Counted from the first letter of the whole stretch, positions 27,255-40,877 are shown. The stretch: DNA of 62,987 bases, filler included, from Octopus bimaculoides (GCF_001194135.2; 5 parts of 4 records of this genome joined end to end with filler, not necessarily neighbours in it); one strand, 5' to 3'. A program made the numbers and translations. The notes: generated by a model from the letters alone, not told the origin.

Positions 27255-27381
27255 TGGCACCCTTGGGCAAGTACCTTCTACTATAGCCCCTGGCTGACTA
27301 GTGCCTTGTGATAGATTTTGATTGAAAAATACTGTATATCATAATCACGTATATATGTGTGTGTGCATGTGTTTGTGTATG

Positions 27382-27417
<36 letters not shown>

Positions 27418-27458
27418 TGCATGTATATATAAGTATAACAATGATGATGATCTGTATG

Positions 27459-27494
<36 letters not shown>

Positions 27495-27660
27495 CATATA
27501 TGTGTGTTTGTGTCATCATCCTCAATTGACAACTGATGTTGACTTGTTTAGATTCTGGTAACTTAGCAGTCTGGCAAAAGTGATCAATAGAATAAACCAC
27601 TCTTCAAGATGGTGCCCCAACATGGCCATGTCCGATGATTCAAACAAGTAAAAGATAAGA
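27255..27660 (+). mobile_element. Degenerate SINE family A
   Basis: ccttgggcaagtaccttctactatagcc, an expanded internal TA/TG tract, then ttgacaactgatgtt...aacatggccatgtc...aacaagtaaaaga. Confidence 0.65.
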
Positions 27661-28059
27661 TAAAAGATATATGTATGTATGTGTAAATATGTATATATAT
27701 ATATTTATATATATATATGTGTGTGTGTGTGTGTAATATATATATGCGTGTGGGTGTGTGTAAAATATGTGTGTGTGGGTGTGTGTAAAATATGTGTATG
27801 TATGGGTGTGTGTGTGTGTGTAAATATATATGTATATATGTGTAAATATGTATCTGTATAAATGTATGTGTAAATATGTATGTATATATATATATGTATA
27901 TATATATAGATGTGTGTGTGTATATAGATATATGTGTGTGTAAATATGTATGTATATATAAATATGTATGTGTAAATATATATATATATGTATGTATATA
28001 TATGTGTGTGTGTGTGTATATATATATGTATGTGTAAATATGTATGAATATATGCCTGG

Positions 28060-28300
28060 CCTCACGCACAAACTGCAGGAGCTGCTCAAGGGTACTGCAA
28101 ACTCTTCTAAATCTCATACGATGTTTGAAACCCTTTTGCATTGCCAGCAAGGATCTCAGAGTCGAAAGTGTTTTGCCCCTTATCCTGTACACTTTGCCTG
28201 AGTGTGGCAACAAGGGCTGAGTTAGTCTTTGCCTTAGAAAGGGTTACTCTTGCAGTCACTTTATAAGCACAACCATCTTGAACTGGTTTTAGATGCTTAT
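28060..28300 (-). mobile_element. RTE-like reverse transcriptase N-terminal fragment
   Basis: LLPHSGKVYRI...MQKGF...CSTLEQLLQFVREA resembles ISLLSxPGKVYARIL...EQxGFR..RGCxDQIFxLRQ. Confidence 0.45.
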
Positions 28301-29799
28301 CTTATCTCTATTAGTTTGTTCGGTCGTGTGGGTTCTAGAACAATCTTCTGCAGGAAGATAGGGAACCATTCTTTGACAAGGGTCTCGTTCACCAATTTCT
28401 GATGTTTGGTTTCTTTAACTGGTGAGAAAGGCCAAATCTATCCTTGCAGGCCACTGTGAGTTCAGTCAATCAAAGTTCAACCACAATAATTGATAGATAG
28501 ATACATTAATACATGCACAAATGTACACACAGATATATATACACACGCACACACATGTAATATGTGTGTTTATATAGCTCTCTCTTTCTCTCTCTCTCTC
28601 TTTCTACATATATATATATATAATATATTATTATTAAAAAATGGCAAAAAATCATATATTAATTAATATCGATTAATTACCAGGAAGCTAGCACATTTAA
28701 AGAATCAAAGAGATTCAGAAACACTATCTGCAATCTCCGGGGATTAAAGTACATTTTTATATATGACGTTGACCACTAACGTGGACATTTAATGTGCTAG
28801 AAATAGATCACATCTTGTGTCTAAAAAGACCTAAATTGTTCTCAACATGAAATATAGTGTGATACCAAAACGTAAGCGGGCAAGACATTTAAAATCACCA
28901 AAAAGGAACATTATTAAACAGGTACCGGTTTGAAATTCAACAATCTTACCGACTGTCTATTTCTTTTTAGACACAAGATGTGATCTATTNNNNNNNNNNN
29001 NNNNNNNNNNNNNNNNNNNNNNNNNNNNNNNNNNNNNNNNNNNNNNNNNNNNNNNNNNNNNNNNNNNNNNNNNNNNNNNNNNNNNNNNNNNNNNNNNNNN
29101 NNNNNNNNNNNNNNNNNNNNNNNNNNNNNNNNNNNNNNNNNNNNNNNNNNNNNNNNNNNNNNNNNNNNNNNNNNNNNNNNNNNNNNNNNNNNNNNNNNNN
29201 NNNNNNNNNNNNNNNNNNNNNNNNNNNNNNNNNNNNNNNNNNNNNNNNNNNNNNNNNNNNNNNNNNNNNNNNNNNNNNNNNNNNNNNNNNNNNNNNNNNN
29301 NNNNNNNNNNNNNNNNNNNNNNNNNNNNNNNNNNNNNNNNNNNNNNNNNNNNNNNNNNNNNNNNNNNNNNNNNNNNNNNNNNNNNNNNNNNNNNNNNNNN
29401 NNNNNNNNNNNNNNNNNNNNNNNNNNNNNNNNNNNNNNNNNNNNNNNNNNNNNNNNNNNNNNNNNNNNNNNNNNNNNNNNNNNNNNNNNNNNNNNNNNNN
29501 NNNNNNNNNNNNNNNNNNNNNNNNNNNNNNNNNNNNNNNNNNNNNNNNNNNNNNNNNNNNNNNNNNNNNNNNNNNNNNNNNNNNNNNNNNNNNNNNNNNN
29601 NNNNNNNNNNNNNNNNNNNNNNNNNNNNNNNNNNNNNNNNNNNNNNNNNNNNNNNNNNNNNNNNNNNNNNNNNNNNNNNNNNNNNNNNNNNNNNNNNNNN
29701 NNNATATATACATATATATATAATGTGTGTGTGTTTATATGCTTTCAGTAATTGTACTGTTGTGTTACCATACTGAGGGCACTTTGTACCAATAGTCAA

Positions 29800-29855
<56 letters not shown>

Positions 29856-30202
29856 GCGTGTTTGTGAAGGCCTTGTGGCCCAGTGGTAAGGATCTTGGAC
29901 TCAATTACTAGACTGGAAAGTATTTAATTTCACATTGTTCCAATCTACCAAGCAGAAGTAACAATGGCTGAAGGGCTGTGGGGTTTTATGTGTTAGCGCT
30001 TGACTAGTTTGATAATTGCTAATGCACAAAATGCTCAATCCTTGAGTCATCACACTGTTATTTTGCCAAATATCAATTGTCTGTCTTTCAATTCCTGTCT
30101 ACCAAATCCATTCATAAGGCTGAACTCAAAAACACATGGTTGGAAAGCAGGTTATTTAACCACACAACTATCCTCTCTATCTCACACACACACAAAATTG
30201 TG

Positions 30203-30429
30203 TATTCTTTTATTCTTTTATTCTTTTACTTGTTTCAGTCATTTGACTGCGGCCATGCTGGAGCACCGCCTTTAGTCGAATCAAATCGACCTCAGGACCT
30301 ATTCTTTGTAAGCCTGGTACTTATTCTATCGGTCTCTTTTTGCCGAAACCGCTAAATTACGGAGACCTAAACACACCAGCATCAGTTGTCAAGCGATGTT
30401 GGGGGGACAAACACAGATACACAACATAT

Positions 30430-30487
<58 letters not shown>

Positions 30488-30647
30488 CGGGCTTCTTTCA
30501 GTTTCCGTCTACCAAATCCACTCACAAGGCTTTGGTCGGCCCGAGGCTATAGTAGAAGACACTTGCCCAAGGTGCCATGCAGTGGGAATGAACCCGGAAC
30601 CATGTGGTTGGTAAGCAAGCTACTTACCACACAGCCACTCCTGTGCC
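30203..30647 (-). mobile_element. tRNA-derived SINE family A, full length
   Basis: Reverse complement of 13308-13858 at high identity, with its own internal (TA)n tract and a (TATTCTTT)n tail. Confidence 0.9.
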
Positions 30648-30897
30648 TGTATGTGTATATTATTACCCAACCATGTTGTCATTGGGTAAGGTAGTCTTAA
30701 ATACATATCTGTCTGAATAAGAAAAGAAAGACAGGGTGACCACAGCCGAACTGCTGTCGATCATAAACAGCAATAGTAACTACTTCATATCTTTGCTTTG
30801 CATCTTCTGTCTACACAAACTGAACTGTCATCTTGATCCATGATTTTGCTCTCCCTCAAAAGCCATGATCTATGAACTGTCTGCATGAGCCCTGATT

Positions 30898-31800
30898 CCC
30901 TAGCAAGCTTGAACACTGTCACGCTAGCAACCTTGAACTCTGTCCCTTTAGCAGACTTGAACCCTGTTTCCTTAGCAACTTGAGCTCTGCATAGTTAGCA
31001 ACATTAAATCACTTTTCCTTAATTATTGTGATATCTATTTATTTAACAGCCATGAACCATGTTTACTTAGCAACCTTACACCATGTTTCTTCAGCAATGT
31101 TGAGTCCTTAGCAGCTTTGAACGCTGTCTCCTTAGCAACCTTGAGCCTTGTTTCCTTAGTAGCCTTGAACACTGTCTCTTTAGCAACTTTGAGCCATATC
31201 TGCTTAGCAAACTTAAACCATGTCTGTTTAGCAACCATGATTTCTATCTCCTCAGCAACAATGAACGAATGCTCTCTGTTCAGAAGCTTTGAGCCATGTC
31301 TGAGGTATTGTTCATGTTGAATGGTGTTTACTCAACAGATTTGAACCATTTTTACTCAGCATCCTTGAGCAGCAATGTCTGCTCAGTACACTGAAGCTTT
31401 GTCAGCTCAGCATTCTTGCACTCTGTCCACTCAACAACCATAAGTGAGTGAGCTCTCTTTCTCTCTCTCTCTGCTCAGCAGTTTTGAGCCCCGACTTCTC
31501 AGCAGTATTGAGCTCTGTTTATTTGATTAGCTCTAGCTTGTGAATCTGGTCTGCTAAACACTATGTTCCTGTGGTCCATGTCTACTGAGCAGCCTTCGGT
31601 TCAGCCCCTAGTCTGCTCAGCAGCCATGAATCTACACAACCCTCGTCTGCTCAGCAGTCTTTGAGCCATAGATCCTCTCTGCTCAGCAGCCATGATCTAT
31701 GGCTCCCTGCCTGGTCAGCAACCTCAATCTCTGATGCTTGTTTGCTCAATAGCTTTGATATTTGATCTCTGTCTGCTCAAGCTTGACCCATAGTCCCCTC
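30898..31800. repeat. Degenerate 24-bp minisatellite (core cttagcaaccttgagccatgtctc)
   Basis: Six consecutive exact-24-nt units at 31108-31251, with more degenerate ctcagcag-containing units on both sides. Confidence 0.8.
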
Positions 31801-32059
31801 CTCAGTAGTCCTATTATTCCACCCCTATATACTCAACGCCCAGTGTTAAACCAGTCTACCCAGAATTCATGACATTTAATCCAATTCTGTTCAGAAGCAA
31901 GAGTTTGTGTGACATTATGCTTGGAAAAAGATGAGATTTGCTAATAGGAAGGGTGTCCAGCTGTAGAAAATCTGCCCCAATAAAATCCATTGGACCAGTG
32001 CAAGAATATCAGAAATTAAAATGTTATCTATTTATATATCGACATCATCTGACTGTCTG

Positions 32060-32119
<60 letters not shown>

Positions 32120-32195
32120 CCTAAATTCAACTTATGTTGAAAGTCAACAAAGAAAGTTTGCTTTAGAAGTGTTGAGATATATCGAAAGATAAAGA

Positions 32196-32352
32196 TAAGG
32201 AAATAATTTTATTCCCAAACGCAGGATAATGCTAATAATATAGCACGAACAGGATAAACTATCCCTATTTTGCAGGAAAATATTGATACTTTATCCTGTT
32301 CGTGCTATATTGTTAGCATTATCCTGTGTTTGAGAATAAAATTATTTCCTTA
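32196..32352. mobile_element. Palindromic MITE with about 63-bp TIRs
   Basis: taaggaaataattttattcccaaac...cacgaacaggataaa (32196-32258) pairs with tttatcctgttcgtg...gaataaaattatttcctta (32290-32352). Confidence 0.85.
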
Positions 32353-34190
32353 TATATATATACTTTAGTTGTGGGTGTTAACCAGGATGAATCCAAGATG
32401 GAGACGAATACCAACGTTCCATGTAGGAGGCTTGATAATTGAGAAGATTTCTCTTGACATGAAATCAATGGTAGCCTTGTTAACCTACAAATAAAAAGTG
32501 AATCAATCAACCAATGTGGTGTTGAGCACTCATTCTCATTGCTTGATATTAATACGTGTGTGTGTATGTATGTATGTATATGTGTATCTTTATATATNNN
32601 NNNNNNNNNNNNNNNNNNNNNNNNNNNNNNNNNNNNNNNNNNNNNNNNNNNNNNNNNNNNNNNNNNNNNNNNNNNNNNNNNNNNNNNNNNNNNNNNNNNN
32701 NNNNNNNNNNNNNNNNNNNNNNNNNNNNNNNNNNNNNNNNNNNNNNNNNNNNNNNNNNNNNNNNNNNNNNNNNNNNNNNNNNNNNNNNNNNNNNNNNNNN
32801 NNNNNNNNNNNNNNNNNNNNNNNNNNNNNNNNNNNNNNNNNNNNNNNNNNNNNNNNNNNNNNNNNNNNNNNNNNNNNNNNNNNNNNNNNNNNNNNNNNNN
32901 NNNNNNNNNNNNNNNNNNNNNNNNNNNNNNNNNNNNNNNNNNNNNNNNNNNNNNNNNNNNNNNNNNNNNNNNNNNNNNNNNNNNNNNNNNNNNNNNNNNN
33001 NNNNNNNNNNNNNNNNNNNNNNNNNNNNNNNNNNNNNNNNNNNNNNNNNNNNNNNNNNNNNNNNNNNNNNNNNNNNNNNNNNNNNNNNNNNNNNNNNNNN
33101 NNNNNNNNNNNNNNNNNNNNNNNNNNNNNNNNNNNNNNNNNNNNNNNNNNNNNNNNNNNNNNNNNNNNNNNNNNNNNNNNNNNNNNNNNNNNNNNNNNNN
33201 NNNNNNNNNNNNNNNTATGTGTGTGTGTGTTTGTACCTCTCCACCACATGGTAACCGGTGTTAGTTTGTTGCCCTCCTTGTAACATAGCAGTTCAGCCTA
33301 AGTGACCAATAGTATAACTGCCAGATTTTAAAAGAAAGCTACGTGCCACGTTCAATTTTAATTTACTAAATTCTTCAAAGCAGTGCTCCAGCATGGCCAG
33401 AGCTCAATGACCGAAACCAGTGAAAGATGAAAGATCATCAGATATAGTTGCTACCTCGCCATGCAATCATCTTATACTTTGAGACCCAGTCACCCTGATA
33501 CAGGGTACCCTTGATACACAGTCACACAGTCATCTGGTGTCGTTATTTCTTCACAGTGTGATTGGGTACATTTTATATCCATCTACCATGTTATCTGGTA
33601 CTCTTTGATATGCAGTCCCCGAAGTCATTTGGTGCGTTTAATGCTCAGCCAACGTGTTTGTTGGTACCCTTAATGCTGGCCACCCAGTCACCTTGTGCCT
33701 TTAATACCTTTTGAACACCCTGCTTGTACATCTATCTTTCATGTTGGATAACATTAAATGTACATACTTCCTATCCAGAGTCAGCAAATCTTGCATTTTT
33801 TTCATGTCTCTACCATGCAATGCTACAAACACACACACACACACACACACACATACATATACATGTGTATGTGTGTATATACGTATGTGTGTATACATAT
33901 ATATACACACGGGTGTGTATGATTGTGTATAGAAGAATATATTAGTCAAAGAAACATACATGTGTATACATGTATATATACATGTGTGTGTATATATATA
34001 TATATATAGATTCAAGGTTGAATATGGTACTTATGCGTAGGCACCCGAATATCGTATCCCAAAGGATAGGTGATAAAAATCAAAAAATAAGCAACACGGA
34101 TTTCAAAGGTGATTGCAGTACGCACGTTTCATGCTACTCCAATTTATTTAAGTAATGCGAGCATTACCTTAAATACAATATGAAGAGCAA

Positions 34191-34230
<40 letters not shown>

Positions 34231-34489
34231 TGTATATATACACATATATATATATTATGCTTGTGCCTATACATATATGTTGTATGTATGTGAATATGTA
34301 TGCATGTGAATATATATATGTGTGTGTGTGTGTGTGTGTAATCAGAGTTAAGTAAAGTTGATTAAACCCACACAATATCAATCCCTGTATAGTCATCCAT
34401 GAAAATAGTCACTAAATCTCCCTCTTTTCACACTCTACCCCTAAACATTGCCCATATTATTAAGCACTAATTGTCATCATCATTAACAC

Positions 34490-34720
34490 GATCATCATAA
34501 TTATTAAAGTTCACTTTGCCATTCTTGGGTGGGTTGGATGGGTCTGTTCCAATACAGTCTCCACCCCATTTGTTACATTCCTATGTGAGGGCCACCACTT
34601 CTGCCTATGTCTTCCGCGGCCCTTTTTTCTCAGTTTCTCTTTCATTTGGATCTTATAACACTTCTTTATCCATCTAGTATTCTCCATACCCATCACATAT
34701 CAGTTCCAGTCTTCTGTCTT
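34490..34720 (-). mobile_element. RTE LINE 3' end
   Basis: MGMENTRWIKKCYKIQM...KGRGRHRQKW matches the RTE terminal RMxxxRWxKK...RGRPRKxW pattern; a (GAT)n-like tail follows. Confidence 0.6.
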
Positions 34721-35764
34721 ACACTATATATNNNNNNNNNNNNNNNNNNNNNNNNNNNNNNNNNNNNNNNNNNNNNNNNNNNNNNNNNNNNNNNNNNNNN
34801 NNNNNNNNNNNNNNNNNNNNNNNNNNNNNNNNNNNNNNNNNNNNNNNNNNNNNNNNNNNNNNNNNNNNNNNNNNNNNNNNNNNNNNNNNNNNNNNNNNNN
34901 NNNNNNNNNNNNNNNNNNNNNNNNNNNNNNNNNNNNNNNNNNNNNNNNNNNNNNNNNNNNNNNNNNNNNNNNNNNNNNNNNNNNNNNNNNNNNNNNNNNN
35001 NNNNNNNNNNNNNNNNNNNNNNNNNNNNNNNNNNNNNNNNNNNNNNNNNNNNNNNNNNNNNNNNNNNNNNNNNNNNNNNNNNNNNNNNNNNNNNNNNNNN
35101 NNNNNNNNNNNNNNNNNNNNNNNNNNNNNNNNNNNNNNNNNNNNNNNNNNNNNNNNNNNNNNNNNNNNNNNNNNNNNNNNNNNNNNNNNNNNNNNNNNNN
35201 NNNNNNNNNNNNNNNNNNNNNNNNNNNNNNNNNNNNNNNNNNNNNNNNNNNNNNNNNNNNNNNNNNNNNNNNNNNNNNNNNNNNNNNNNNNNNNNNNNNN
35301 NNNNNNNNNNNNNNNNNNNNNNNNNNNNNNNNNNNNNNNNNNNNNNNNNNNNNNNNNNNNNNNNNNNNNNNNNNNNNNNNNNNNNNNNNNNNNNNNNNNN
35401 NNNNNNNNNNNNNNNNNNNNNNNNNNNNNNNNNNNNNNNNNNNNNNNNNNNNNNNNNNNNNNNNNNNNNNNNNNNNNNNNNNNNNNNNNNNNNNNNNNNN
35501 NNNNNNNNNNNNNNNNNNNNNNNNNNNNNNNNNNNNNNNNNNNNNNNNNNNNNNNNNNNNNNNNNNNNNNNNNNNNNNNNNNNNNNNNNNNNNNNNNNNN
35601 NNNNNNNNNNNNNNNNNNNNNNNNNNNNNNNNNNNNNNNNNNNNNNNNNNNNNNNNNNNNNNNNNNNNNNNNNNNNNNNNNNNNNNNNNNNNNNNNNNNN
35701 NNNNNNNNNNNNNNNTGATTTTTGGTTGTATGTTGCTCTTTAGTGTACCCCTTTGTATATATAT

Positions 35765-36314
35765 TAGAGAGATTTAGAAATATTAATATTTCTATTTTTG
35801 AAAACCAGTGGATGTGTTCCACTGAATATAGGTAAATAAACCTTCGAACAGACAGTCAGCAGCGACACCTGCTGGGTTTCAGCTACTCCACATTGAAAAG
35901 GGGCAAATACCCTGTAGTTAGTCTGTGGATGTTGAACCAGCAAGGGGAAGCAGCTGACCTCCCCTGTTCGAAGGTTGTAATGGACACAGGTTTGTGTGTC
36001 ACATAGCAGCATTCGTCCTATCTTCCTGGACTGCCATGTTAGCTTGGCGATGACTATTAATATCCAGTATTGCTGCTGTAGTCTCCTTTAGAGAAATTTA
36101 GAAATATTAATATTTCTATTTTCGAAAACCAGTGGATGTGCTCCCCTGAATATAGGTAAATAAATCTTCAAACAGACGGTCAGCAGCGACACCTGCTGGG
36201 TTTCGGCTACTCCACATTGAAAAGGGGCAAATACCCTGTAGTTAGTCTGTGGATGTTGAACCAGCAAGGGGAAGCAGCTGACCTCCCCTGTTCGAAGGTT
36301 GTAATGGACACAGG
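35765..36314. repeat. Direct tandem duplication, period 324 bp, running into a gap
   Basis: 35773-35990 is repeated at 36097-36314 with few substitutions. Confidence 0.9.
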
Positions 36315-37415
36315 NNNNNNNNNNNNNNNNNNNNNNNNNNNNNNNNNNNNNNNNNNNNNNNNNNNNNNNNNNNNNNNNNNNNNNNNNNNNNNNNNNNNNN
36401 NNNNNNNNNNNNNNNNNNNNNNNNNNNNNNNNNNNNNNNNNNNNNNNNNNNNNNNNNNNNNNNNNNNNNNNNNNNNNNNNNNNNNNNNNNNNNNNNNNNN
36501 NNNNNNNNNNNNNNNNNNNNNNNNNNNNNNNNNNNNNNNNNNNNNNNNNNNNNNNNNNNNNNNNNNNNNNNNNNNNNNNNNNNNNNNNNNNNNNNNNNNN
36601 NNNNNNNNNNNNNNNNNNNNNNNNNNNNNNNNNNNNNNNNNNNNNNNNNNNNNNNNNNNNNNNNNNNNNNNNNNNNNNNNNNNNNNNNNNNNNNNNNNNN
36701 NNNNNNNNNNNNNNNNNNNNNNNNNNNNNNNNNNNNNNNNNNNNNNNNNNNNNNNNNNNNNNNNNNNNNNNNNNNNNNNNNNNNNNNNNNNNNNNNNNNN
36801 NNNNNNNNNNNNNNNNNNNNNNNNNNNNNNNNNNNNNNNNNNNNNNNNNNNNNNNNNNNNNNNNNNNNNNNCCAGCTGGCTTATCGACACACGACTGTGT
36901 CCTGTTTGCCAAGGGTAGTTATCCCTCTCACCAACATCTGCAGCACGAACGGATCCAGATTTCAGGGTTATTTCCCTTCGTCGGCGTCCGATAGCCGCTG
37001 ACCTTGGTGAGAGAGACAAAAACCTGGCAATGTTAATTCTCTAAATGAAGTATTAACAGTAGCTGCACGATAAAGTGTAGTATATTGCCACTTAAGTGTG
37101 GCTGACCCCTAGGGGTGGATGTTACTGTTGCTTTTAGCCCCAGGAGGACATCTCCTCCAGCTGGCTTATATATACTTATTAAGAACATCACAAAAAAATC
37201 TTGCTACTCTGCATTTCCCATTCCTGTTCATCAAGCAGTTGTAATTAATAATCAAGATTCTTGATCACAACTGCCTGATGAACAGGAATGTGAAACTCTG
37301 AGTAGCAGCTTTTTTTGTGATGTTCTTGCAGATTTAGTCATAAAAAAATGCAGATATTCAAGGACTATTTTTTTCCACCCTGTTTTGAATCTATGTGCTT
37401 GCTCGTGTGTGCATG

Positions 37416-37451
<36 letters not shown>

Positions 37452-37465
37452 CGTAGAGTCCACCC

Positions 37466-37631
37466 CAAAAAAAAATATACACACTTCAGGAAAGGAAAAA
37501 AATCTGTATAACTATTTTAATTCAATGTTATCACAATTTGATAAAATGTAGAAAGAAGCATTTATATTTATAGAGGTATTTAAATATTTATACAGATTTT
37601 TCCTTTCCTGAAGTGGGTATATGTTTTTTTT
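37466..37631. mobile_element. Tc1/mariner-like MITE
   Basis: atacacacttcaggaaaggaaaaaatctgtataa pairs with ttatacagatttttcctttcctgaagtgggtat. Confidence 0.75.
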
Positions 37632-38111
37632 TTAAGTCATAAACGACAGAGAAGTTGGTTGATGAAATTTTATTTGACAATAAGAAAGTTAAAAAATTAT
37701 AACAAGTTGTTTTGTAACTTGAAAGCATGTCAATAATTTATATTACTATTGTTTTCTCGTGTACCATATATTCTATATGTTTTGTAGAAGGATACATTAA
37801 GGAGCTTTTTTTATGAGTACAACCGGATTATTTGAATCCATATATTGTGACTTATATATATATATCTGTTTGAGACTGTCTTGCTACTCTGAGTTTCATT
37901 TGTGGCTGTGTGGATGCATAGGATCTTCAAGCAAGTTATGACTTGCCTGAAAACCCCGTGTGCCTACAGGTGAAACTTAGAATAGCAAGGGACTGCACAT
38001 ATAAGCCCATGATGGGGGTCGCTATTTGGTCACTAATAATGACAAATAGCAGCTAAATTTTCCTCAAATTACATCCTTCCTGTTCTTGTAAAACAGAAAG
38101 AATCCAAGGGC

Positions 38112-38480
38112 ACATTGTGCAATGTAATCCTAGATACATATGCCTGAATAAAAAATGGTACAGTCACACATGGAATATCTTTGGTCATAGGTCTACTGGG
38201 TCACGACTGACCTGGGGTTATATAACTTTTGCCACTAACACTAACTATTGTACTGTACATTAGATAATGTAATCCTAGGTACACTATGTCTGTGTAAAAG
38301 ATGGGATGGCCACATCTGGAACATCTTTGATCATAGGTCTACTGAATCAGGACTGACCTTGGGCTAAACAACAACTACTATAACTATTAATGCCAACTAT
38401 TGTACTGTACATTAGATAATGTAGTCCTAGATAAACTATGTTTGAATAAAAGTTGGGGCAGTCATAACTGGAACTTCTTT
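38112..38480 (+). repeat. Three tandem degenerate copies (about 140-bp period) of a dispersed repeat
   Basis: aatgtaatcctag...atctttgatcataggtctactg...gactgacct recurs. Related sequences lie at 10540-10640 (-), 11140-11290 and 11340-11480. Confidence 0.7.
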
Positions 38481-39043
38481 ACTGTAAGGTCTCCCTTTCA
38501 TCTATCTAGGTTCGATAAAATACCAGTCATATACTGTGGGGAAGGAGGATCAACTTTCTCGTGTTTCTTGTTGGAAATCACACACATAACATGTCCTACA
38601 TATATGTATATACATAAATTGTAAATCCAAAAAATAGCAACAAAACAACAAAGGATTCCGCGGTACACGTGTTTCAAGCTTTACATGTGTATAATATAAT
38701 ATGTGTATAATTTACAATGTAAAGCTATCCTCAGCCGCAAAATTATTTCTCTCCCAGGAAATTATACCACCTCGGCGTTGAAGTAGGAAGAAAGGTGTGA
38801 TGTATACACATACACACACATGAGTGAGTGGACAAATGAAAAAATGTGGCACTTAAGATATTTTGCAAGAGTTACATATAATATATTATTTCAGTAAGTT
38901 TAACTCTGCTGCATATGGTTACAAGAGACAATGGAAATTTTATGACTGTATGGCCGGTCTCCACTTTCGTATCACTGTATAGGAAGGTGGTTAACTCTAT
39001 AATTTTCAGATTATTCTGTTGAATGATGAGATCAGAAAGACCC

Positions 39044-39846
39044 TTAACCCTTTTTATACCAACCCACCCAATACTGCCTCTGATTTTATGATATAAGCAT
39101 CTGTTTTAAAGAGATCTAAGTTAAAACCTTACATCAAAATTTCCTGTTAATATATGTTCCAAAAAGCAGCTCAATAACCGACAGTTATTTTACTAGATTC
39201 TTCAGTTTTTTCAGAATTAATTGAAACAAAGGCAGTGTATTTCAGAAGAGATATGGTAACTAAAGGGTTAAAGTGATCTAAATTAAAACCTTCCATCAAA
39301 ATATCATGTTAAATTCTCTTCCAAACACCAACTTAATAATGACAGTTATTTTATTGAATTCTTCATTATTCTAAAAATTAATTGAAACGAAGGCAGTGAA
39401 TTTCAACAAAAATATGGTAACAAAAGGGTTAACCTTTCAGCATTTATACTAACCATATTCAGCCCACATATTCTACCTGTTTTATGTTCAAACCTGCCTG
39501 ATTCAGTCTCTCACACTTGCCCTACAATGTCATTCTAAAAATAACCTATCACTTAATCAAAAGCTATGAGATAATGCATGATTAAATCAAAACAATGTGA
39601 ATAAATAAGCTTTACATTTGACAGAGTAATCTGAAGGGTTTTAAACTGGCCATATCCAGCTCAAATTTTCTACATGTCTTAGGTTCAAACTAACCAGAAG
39701 CAGGTCCCTCACACCTAGCCTGCAATGTCATTCTAGAATAAACAATCACATCCTTGACATTTCAAAGTTATAAGATAATGCATAATCAAATCAAAACAGT
39801 GTGAATAAATAAGCATTACATTACAATCTGAATGTTAACGAGTTAA
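39044..39846. mobile_element. Chain of four piggyBac-like (TTAA-flanked) MITE copies from two families
   Basis: TTAA|ccctttt...taaaggg|TTAA (39048-39267); a 5'-truncated sister ends aaaaggg|TTAA (39428); then two copies of a second family share caatgtcattcta...gataatgcat...tgtgaataaataagc. Confidence 0.75.
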
Positions 39847-40257
39847 AGTTTTATGGGTGCATAAGCAAACCCATTTCTTCAGATATCTGCAGAAGTGTAA
39901 TGGGAGTTGAGATAAATTGTATGTATATTCTCATCCATGATGGAAATGAGTACCAATGTCTCAATGTGGAAGGCTTGATAATTGCTAAGAATTCTTGGCA
40001 TGAATCCATTGGTAGCCTTGATAACCCTCAAAAAAAGAATATTTATCCACTGATGCAGTGTTGAAAGCTTATACTCACTATCCAATATTTGTTTGTGTGT
40101 GTATATATATATATATATATATAAATAAAAACAATTTTACATTAATTTGATGGTTTACTCTATACTTCTGTTAGGCAATCCAGTGATGGCTTAACTGACC
40201 AAAACTTCAAAGTTACTATCAATAATATTCTTGTTTAAGAATAAATATATGTGTGTG

Positions 40258-40304
<47 letters not shown>

Positions 40305-40877
40305 NNNNNNNNNNNNNNNNNNNNNNNNNNNNNNNNNNNNNNNNNNNNTTAATTAATTAANNNNNNNNNNNNNNNNNNNNNNNNNNNNNNNNNNNNNNNN
40401 NNNNTATATGCAAATATATAAAGATATATGCATATATACATATATAGATAAGTAGATGTACATACATATGCACATATAAATGCCTGAGTATATATTAGCA
40501 GGCGTAATTGTGTATCTGTGTCTATATACTTGCGCCAATATATACATATATAGTTGTGCTTGCACGTGCCTGAGCTAGTGTAGCCATGTGTGTGTTTTTC
40601 CTCGCTGCGTTTGTGGAATTCTCTCAAATGTATTACATAACAACACCGATATAATTACTTCAGACTATTTGTTACGGAGTTTATTACACGAACGAAGCAT
40701 AAAGAAGAAACCGTCGGCTTATCATTGGAAGTTGTGATTCTATTTACGGAGAAGAGATGCCAATACGTTTGATACGGTTATTTATCAATAAGAGCATCAG
40801 GGACAGTTGGAACCTCCACAGAAATTCCTGCTTTGTTTGGTGTTTAGTTTGGAAGCGAGACAGTGGGACAGTGGGGG

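Noticed and set aside
30898-31800. CRISPR-like regularly spaced repeats
   Set aside because: Eukaryotic context, contiguous degenerate units with no unique spacers, and no cas genes.
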